Assembly (NCBI GenBank): GCA_045658185.1
Contig: JAZOUQ010000145.1
Location: 53,247-117,246, forward strand
From: Eubacteriales bacterium
GTDB lineage: Bacteria > Bacillota > Clostridia > Oscillospirales > CAG-272
Length of the DNA: 64,000 nt
Reading direction: 5' to 3'
Shown here: piece by piece, positions 58,409 through 64,000 of the stretch
Layout of the letters: each line of letters opens with the position of its first letter
Numbering within the stretch: the stretch's first letter is position 1
Translations under genes and position numbers: made by a program
The notes under the pieces: generated by a model
What the model saw: the letters and a program-made list of their open reading frames with translations, nothing else
What the model was told of the DNA's origin: nothing
The model's database searches: none

Positions 58409-59506
58409 ATGATAAAAATAGGTGATTTGGCAAAGATTTGCAATGTAAGTACGCAAACTTTACGATATTATGACTCTGAAGGCATATTAAAAGCAGATGT
58501 AACCGATTCGTCAAGTGGATATAGATTTTATTCGATTGATGCCGTAGAAAGATATAAACAGATATTATTCTATAAGAACATTGGTTTTTCTCTGGACGAA
58601 ATCAAAAAAATACAGCTGGCATCAAGCGAAGAACTACGATATATTTTACAACAGAAAAAAGAGGTATTATCTCAATCTATTGGCAAATTTAAAAATCAGA
58701 TAAAAATAATCGATGACCTGTGCGGAGGAGATTTGGCAAAGCCTATTTTGTCAGAAACTCTTCTCCTTCCATTTGAAAATGATTCGCAAGTTGTCGGAAA
58801 ATGGTGTCTGTGCGGAAAGCTCCTTAACGAGAACAATTTGATGTCTTGGGAAAAAGTAAATGAGAATATTGCCGACAAAGAGATAATATTTATGCCTGGC
58901 GGAACTTTTGCATGGAAATATTTTTGGACTAAAGGAACACTGTATAGAATATCACCAAAATACAAATTTGCAATTCCTAATTTGTATAGAACGATCGAGC
59001 AGAACGGAACCCGATATATGATCATTCAATTTTTGAGTGATGATTGCATTGACAACGGAGAAGATACGATAATGCTCCTGTATCGTCAAATTGATACTAT
59101 TGCATATACCGAACACCAAATCCGCCCCAACATAGACAAAACGGATCTTCCGTTTGTAGATGATGAATCGGTTCACGGTGTATGGACTGCTTTTGATTTT
59201 GTACCTAAAATATCAGATTTTGAGCCTCACAAAAAATTTAGCGAGGATAAGGATATTTACATGGTGAATATTCGTTTCTTACCCCGTGGAATATGTAAAA
59301 GAATGATTCGTACTATGTCGGGAACTGCCAACTTTATGTTGCGATATACCAAAGGGTTTGTTCTTGACGATAAGGAAATGACAGCCGAAGAATATCAGAT
59401 CCAAACAATAAACGGTAAGGATTTTCTTTTTGTACAACACAAATCCGGAGATTATTTTTACGGCGGTTTGACACCGCATTGGTATGTTTTTGAAAGAAAA
59501 ATATAG
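58409..59506 (+). CDS. MerR family transcriptional regulator with large duplicated C-terminal domain
   Basis: IGDLAKICNVSTQTLRYYDSEGIL...GYRFYS is the MerR HTH. AGGAGG lies 7 nt upstream. Confidence 0.8.
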   Translation: MIKIGDLAKICNVSTQTLRYYDSEGILKADVTDSSSGYRFYSIDAVERYKQILFYKNIGFSLDEIKKIQLASSEELRYILQQKKEVLSQSIGKFKNQIKIIDDLCGGDLAKPILSETLLLPFENDSQVVGKWCLCGKLLNENNLMSWEKVNENIADKEIIFMPGGTFAWKYFWTKGTLYRISPKYKFAIPNLYRTIEQNGTRYMIIQFLSDDCIDNGEDTIMLLYRQIDTIAYTEHQIRPNIDKTDLPFVDDESVHGVWTAFDFVPKISDFEPHKKFSEDKDIYMVNIRFLPRGICKRMIRTMSGTANFMLRYTKGFVLDDKEMTAEEYQIQTINGKDFLFVQHKSGDYFYGGLTPHWYVFERKI

Positions 59507-59520
59507 AAAAGGAAATAGAT

Positions 59521-60120
59521 ATGAAGAATAAAAACAAAACGGTAAAATATTTCAATGAAAAGAATTTTTCAATAGTAAAAATACTTTTGATTATCTTGAC
59601 AGTAATATCGGCATTTGTAGCAACCTTCATTCGAGGGGGCGGTCCAATTGGACTTCCGATATTGTTGCTGTGTATTATTGGTTTTGTTATTTGCAATTCT
59701 TTGAAAATTAAGGATTCGGAAGTGGAACAAGCACTAAAAAAAATAATACAGGACAATCAAATAAAGTGTTCTGATAATACGATTATTGGTTATGATTTCA
59801 GAAATACGACCGTAAAGAAACGGAAAGATGGAAAGCTAATTTCTCCTATATGCTATATTACGAACATTACACTTTCATCATCGGTAGAAACTGTTTTTAA
59901 AATATATATTATAGACCTAATTTCTTCGTCTGTTCAAATGGTATCCCATAGTGTAAATGATAATGGTGATATTACCTTAACAGAAGAAACCGTATCCACC
60001 AATGTAGGACATATAAAAGTATCTTACATAAGAATCAATAGTTGTAATTATACAATTCCTGTTACGCTTAATGATTATAAATCGTCTCAATTAATAGAGA
60101 GCATTTGCAATCGAAAGTAA
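59521..60120 (+). CDS. Hypothetical two-TM membrane protein
   Basis: It starts 14 nt after the merR-like stop. Two TM segments are followed by a 130-aa beta-rich domain with no motif I recognise. Confidence 0.5.
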   Translation: MKNKNKTVKYFNEKNFSIVKILLIILTVISAFVATFIRGGGPIGLPILLLCIIGFVICNSLKIKDSEVEQALKKIIQDNQIKCSDNTIIGYDFRNTTVKKRKDGKLISPICYITNITLSSSVETVFKIYIIDLISSSVQMVSHSVNDNGDITLTEETVSTNVGHIKVSYIRINSCNYTIPVTLNDYKSSQLIESICNRK

Positions 60121-60163
60121 GAAAATATAAATACTTATTCTGTTCATTTAAAGAGGTTTTATT

Positions 60164-60736
60164 ATGAAGTTACCAAAAGATTTAATGTCATACTGTAGAA
60201 AAACAATTTTGATACGAGTTATTCCTTGTATACTTCTGATTTGTATTTTTGCGTCAATATTGCTTCTTTGGGGTGATATTCTTATCAATACGGATGTTTT
60301 GGAATTTAAAATATCCTGTTATGTGCTTATTATGATAATTCCGTTTGCAATCACAGGTGTCCCGCACAAATTGATAGATACAACTTATTGCGGAAAAATA
60401 AAAAAAGTCGATATTATAACTACACATGACAACGATTCCTCTTTCAAGCCTACGAGAGAACATATATATCTAAAAAACACGATCCATTTGACCATCGAAA
60501 AGCAAAATGGTAAGCTGATATATAAAAAGGTGTATAGCGGGAAAGCACGATTGCAACAACATCTTGATACATACCAGGTGGGTGATACAGTATTCCACCT
60601 TTACGGAACAAATCAAGTTATCGTTTTACCCAATACAACCAATACGGTCGTAAGCTGTCCTGTTTGCGGCACAGCGAATCCAATTGAACATGATAACTGT
60701 CGTAACTGCAAACATTCTCTTGTAAAAAATATATAA
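60164..60736 (+). CDS. Hypothetical two-TM membrane protein with C-terminal zinc ribbon
   Basis: Two TM segments, a beta-rich domain and a C-terminal CPVCGTANPIEHDNCRNCKH. Confidence 0.5.
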   Translation: MKLPKDLMSYCRKTILIRVIPCILLICIFASILLLWGDILINTDVLEFKISCYVLIMIIPFAITGVPHKLIDTTYCGKIKKVDIITTHDNDSSFKPTREHIYLKNTIHLTIEKQNGKLIYKKVYSGKARLQQHLDTYQVGDTVFHLYGTNQVIVLPNTTNTVVSCPVCGTANPIEHDNCRNCKHSLVKNI

Positions 60737-60738
60737 AT

Positions 60739-60763
60739 AAATCCCCGCTAAATGCGGGGATTT
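60739..60763. terminator. Bidirectional terminator
   Basis: aaatccccgc/gcggggattt stem with a 5-nt loop. Confidence 0.7.
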
Positions 60764-60765
60764 AT

Positions 60766-61578
60766 TTATAGTTTTATTGGATAATCACCGTATCCCATAC
60801 AGCAAGAAACGCCCTTTAATGAATACCTTTGCATTTCAATCGTAGCTATAAGAATACACAAACAAGTGTGATACATACTATTGATTTCATAAGTGAATCC
60901 CAAAGATTTATGCTTTGATTTCTTTTCTATTACAAATTTTGATTTTATCAACTCATCAAGAGAAGCTCGCAGTCTACCATCGTCAAAGCCTAACTTTTCT
61001 TGCATTTCACCAAAACTAATGTCACTCATAGATATGATTGCCATACAAACGAGAAGATTGTTTTTCTCTGACAAAACGGGCAATATAGTTTGTGCGAATT
61101 CAACAGTATCTGTATTTATATTTTCAAAAAAAGTCCTTGTCAAAATTGCTCCATAACCTTTTCCAGATAACAGCGACAATCCGTTTTCATTTGAAATGTG
61201 GGCAGGCGCATCATAAATTGAAGAATCTCTACCTTTAAGATTGCCCCAAGAAATTCCGTGATGAGCGTAGCCGAATATCTTCAATACATCTTCATACGCT
61301 TGCTTACTCATTTGATTGGGAAGTTTTTTTATTTTTTGAAATACCTTTTCATAAATCTCATCATAGGTCATTTCTTCACCATAATACAGATAATCAATGC
61401 TAACACCGAAAAAATCCGCAATAAGAGGCAAAGTTTGCGTGTCAGGCTGAGATGTATTAGTTTCCCACTTTGATACTGCTTGTGGAGATACGTTAAGTGC
61501 AATAGCTAATTGCTCTTGTGTAATACCTTTTTGTTTTCTGAGAACAACTATGTTTTTTGAAATGTTAATTTCTTTCAT
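60766..61578 (-). CDS. XRE-family HTH regulator with ~200 aa C-terminal domain
   Basis: LRKQKGITQEQLAIALNVSPQAVSKWETNTSQPD is the HTH_3 domain. I do not recognise the C-terminal part. Confidence 0.75.
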   Translation of the reverse strand: MKEINISKNIVVLRKQKGITQEQLAIALNVSPQAVSKWETNTSQPDTQTLPLIADFFGVSIDYLYYGEEMTYDEIYEKVFQKIKKLPNQMSKQAYEDVLKIFGYAHHGISWGNLKGRDSSIYDAPAHISNENGLSLLSGKGYGAILTRTFFENINTDTVEFAQTILPVLSEKNNLLVCMAIISMSDISFGEMQEKLGFDDGRLRASLDELIKSKFVIEKKSKHKSLGFTYEINSMYHTCLCILIATIEMQRYSLKGVSCCMGYGDYPIKL

Positions 61579-61733
61579 ATTGATATTTTCCTTTCACAAA
61601 TCTACCGCGAGCGCTTCGGTTATGATTCAATTATACAATACCTATCTAACTTTGTAAACAACTTGTTCAGCGAACCGCTCAACCAACGGTTGTTTGATGT
61701 TTCAAAAAAAGATGGGAAGTTGTTTTTATATTA

Positions 61734-61764
61734 GAACGGCACACCTATTTTATAGATGTGCCGT
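61734..61764 (-). terminator. Hairpin after dxs
   Basis: aacggcacacct/agatgtgccgtt stem (11 of 12 positions pair) with a weak T tract. Confidence 0.45.
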
Positions 61765-61782
61765 TTTGAGCTTTATATTTTT

Positions 61783-63669
61783 TTATTCGATCATACTTTC
61801 AACAGTGCGAGCTATATCGTCAATGTTTATTCCAGCCGAAGTATAAATATGTTCTCCTGTTCTTCTATCGGTAACAAAGGTATCGTCAACAGCCAAAATT
61901 TTTAGCTTTCTGTCTTTCATTTCAGCTCTGTCAGAAAGCAATGTGTAAAGATTCATTCCCATACCGCCACTCCGTATTTCCTCTTCCAGGAATACTACGT
62001 TTCGGCAACTATCGGGCAACAACTCTATTATTGCATCGGCTGTTTCATTATAAGGCTTCAGCTGTTCCAAAAGAATAATTCCCGTATTTTTCAGCTTATC
62101 ACAAACTTCCATAGCAACTTTTACAATTCGTCCGTGTGTTACGATAACTGTTTCTGGCAAGAAATCCTCTCTGAAATTCCGTCGGGCAATCTGCCATACA
62201 GCACCCTCACCGTAAAATTGAGCTTTGACAGCCTCGTCCTCATATCCGTTAGGATACCTGATGGCACAAGGACAACCCTCATCAATAGCCTTCTTTATAC
62301 ACAATTCAAGCATATCGTTGGTTATGGGGGTGTAAATCTTCAAATTGGGTATTTCGGACAAAAACGCAACGTCAAAAATGCCGTGATGTGTTGCTCCGTC
62401 GGCAGCGTTAAGCCCTGCTCTGTCAACGCATATTATAACGGGAAGCTTTTGAAGTGCAATATCGTGAATTACGTTATCAAAGCCTCTCTGTAAGAACGTA
62501 GAATACACAGCAACAACAGGCCGCATACCGCCTGCGGCAAGTCCTGCTGCAAAGGTCAGTGCGTGTTCTTCCGCTATTCCCACATCAAAAAATCTTTGAG
62601 GATATTTTTCTCTGAACTCGCACAATCCCGTGCCGTCACACATAGCCGCGGTTATCGCACATATTCTATCGTCTTTTTCTGCAATATCCGAAAGAACATG
62701 CCCCATATGGTTTGAAAACGATCTGCAATCGCTTTTGTTTTGCCTACTCGGTGACATTCCGTGGTAAATATCGGGGGCTGTTTCGGCTGGGTCGTACCCC
62801 TTGCCTTTTACCGTCTTTACATGTACGACCACGCTTTCCCCAAGCTTTTTCGCCTGTTCCAAGAGATTTTCTACCTGAGAAAAATCATTTCCGTTTATTG
62901 GTCCGAGATAAGTAAGCCCCATGCTTTCAAAGTAATTCGATCCATAAAGGATATTTTTTAACAATTTCTTAGCACCAAGTATGACCTTAAAAAGTGGCTT
63001 TCCGACAAGAGGAATCTTTTTCAAAAACTCTCCCGTGGCTCTTTTGGTTTTAAAGTATCCCGGACGGGTGCGAAGCTTTGAAAGATTTTGAGCGAAGCGT
63101 CCTATATTTTTAGATATAGACATTTCGTTCTCATTCAAAATTATTATAAGATTAAGGTCTTTCCGACAATTATTGAGAGCCTCGTGTATCATTCCGCCGG
63201 TATACGCTCCGTCACCTACTACGGCGACGGTATATGCATCAGAGCCATTCAGCTTGTCCGAAACAGCAAAACCTAAAGCAGCTGACAAGGAAGTGGAGCT
63301 ATGCCCTGCACCGAAGCAATCATGCTCACTTTCCTCCCTGTTTGTAAAACCGCTAATACCGCCCGATTGACGAAGTGTATCCATACGGTCATACCGTCCC
63401 GTCAGCATTTTGTGAACGTAGCTCTGGTGTCCCACATCAAAAATGACGTGATCTTTTGGAGTGTCAAATACCTTGTGAATAGCCATCGTCAACTCTACTA
63501 CTCCAAGATTGGACGCCAAATGACCGCCGTTTTCAGAAACGATGCGTACCAGTTCTCTGCGAATCTCATCTGCTACGAATGGCATTTCTTCCTTGCTGAT
63601 CGTCTTGAAATCTTGCGGAGAATGTATTCTGTTTAAATATTTGATTTGTTGCTCTTCTTTTTCAATCAT
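61783..63669 (-). CDS. dxs: 1-deoxy-D-xylulose-5-phosphate synthase
   Basis: GGHLASNLGVVELT, GHSSTSLSAALG, and the TPP motif GDGAYTGGM...NEN. Confidence 0.95.
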   Translation of the reverse strand: MIEKEEQQIKYLNRIHSPQDFKTISKEEMPFVADEIRRELVRIVSENGGHLASNLGVVELTMAIHKVFDTPKDHVIFDVGHQSYVHKMLTGRYDRMDTLRQSGGISGFTNREESEHDCFGAGHSSTSLSAALGFAVSDKLNGSDAYTVAVVGDGAYTGGMIHEALNNCRKDLNLIIILNENEMSISKNIGRFAQNLSKLRTRPGYFKTKRATGEFLKKIPLVGKPLFKVILGAKKLLKNILYGSNYFESMGLTYLGPINGNDFSQVENLLEQAKKLGESVVVHVKTVKGKGYDPAETAPDIYHGMSPSRQNKSDCRSFSNHMGHVLSDIAEKDDRICAITAAMCDGTGLCEFREKYPQRFFDVGIAEEHALTFAAGLAAGGMRPVVAVYSTFLQRGFDNVIHDIALQKLPVIICVDRAGLNAADGATHHGIFDVAFLSEIPNLKIYTPITNDMLELCIKKAIDEGCPCAIRYPNGYEDEAVKAQFYGEGAVWQIARRNFREDFLPETVIVTHGRIVKVAMEVCDKLKNTGIILLEQLKPYNETADAIIELLPDSCRNVVFLEEEIRSGGMGMNLYTLLSDRAEMKDRKLKILAVDDTFVTDRRTGEHIYTSAGINIDDIARTVESMIE

Positions 63670-63706
63670 AATATTAAACTACCTTACACTTGATCATATT
63701 ACAAAC

Positions 63707-63735
63707 ATTATATCACAATGAAGTTGTTTTGTCAA
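63707..63735 (-). promoter_or_regulatory. Consensus sigmaA promoter of dxs
   Basis: On the minus strand, TTGACA-N17-TATAAT. Confidence 0.5.
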
Positions 63736-63750
63736 ATTAAATAAACTCTT

Positions 63751-64000
63751 TTATTTTTGTCTTACCGTCGTTATTTTCAACAGTGCTTCTACGTCTTTCT
63801 TTGATGGAGGCTCTGTTCCCTCGGTCATACATGCCGCACTACCGTAGCAAACCGCCATTTTTAACACATCGGAATATGAATAGCCCTTCTTTATTGCGGC
63901 TATAAAGCCACCTATAGAGCTATCTCCCGCACCTATTGTGGATATTGCGTCAACATACGGAGCGTCTGCAATAAAACATCCTTCCTCACAAGAAAGCACC
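63751..64000 (-). CDS. PfkB-family sugar kinase (1-phosphofructokinase-like), C-terminal part; N-terminus outside window
   Basis: The GAGDSSIGGFIAA anion-hole motif. The ORF runs off the right edge. Confidence 0.7.
   Translation of the reverse strand, partial: VLSCEEGCFIADAPYVDAISTIGAGDSSIGGFIAAIKKGYSYSDVLKMAVCYGSAACMTEGTEPPSKKDVEALLKITTVRQK

Noticed and set aside
1-64000. A window-wide look for CRISPR arrays, IS or transposase genes, integrases, phage genes, toxin-antitoxin pairs, and rRNA or other large structured RNAs.
   Set aside because: I found none. All intergenic gaps are under 280 bp and are explained by promoters and terminators. The only repeated noncoding elements are the sigma-cassette promoter motif and 3' hairpin reported above.

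Overview
A 64-kb chromosomal window from a low-GC, apparently spore-forming Firmicute. It looks Clostridia-like: spoIIID, ylmC/ymxH, NfnAB, an ecfA1-ecfA2-ecfT-truA block and a glyQS-type GlyRS are all present. I call about 60 CDS and one tRNA-Leu(CAA). I saw no rRNA, CRISPR array, transposase, integrase or phage genes. Most genes are core housekeeping: fba, clpX, clpP, tig, thrC, rnhB, ylqF, lepB, proC, tsf, rpsB, truA, ruvCAB, alr, glyQS, uvrAB and dxs. The content that stands out is as follows. (1) Three paralogous orphan sigma-70/ECF-like factors (2666-4336, 20101-21708, 22082-23668) each carry a 350-400 aa C-terminal extension. Each is preceded by the same non-sigmaA promoter-like motif (AACC-N17/18-CTATATGGrTGAArG) and followed by a homologous two-tier 3' hairpin that shows one compensatory base-pair change. 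This is my best candidate for an undescribed self-contained regulatory cassette. (2) A tandem COG0523 GTPase pair: one copy has a duplicated His/Cys module; the other lacks CxCC and is fused to a DUF1980-like CC domain. (3) A P-type ATPase homologue has lost every catalytic signature and sits directly downstream of a ClpC-like unfoldase whose N-domain is replaced by a zinc ribbon. (4) A MerR-type operon has a 19-bp-spacer promoter and two unknown membrane proteins. (5) A CpsB/PHP-like protein has lost its metal ligands. All protein identities rest on motifs I recognise by eye in the supplied translations. No database search, HMM scan, RNA folding or composition calculation was possible.
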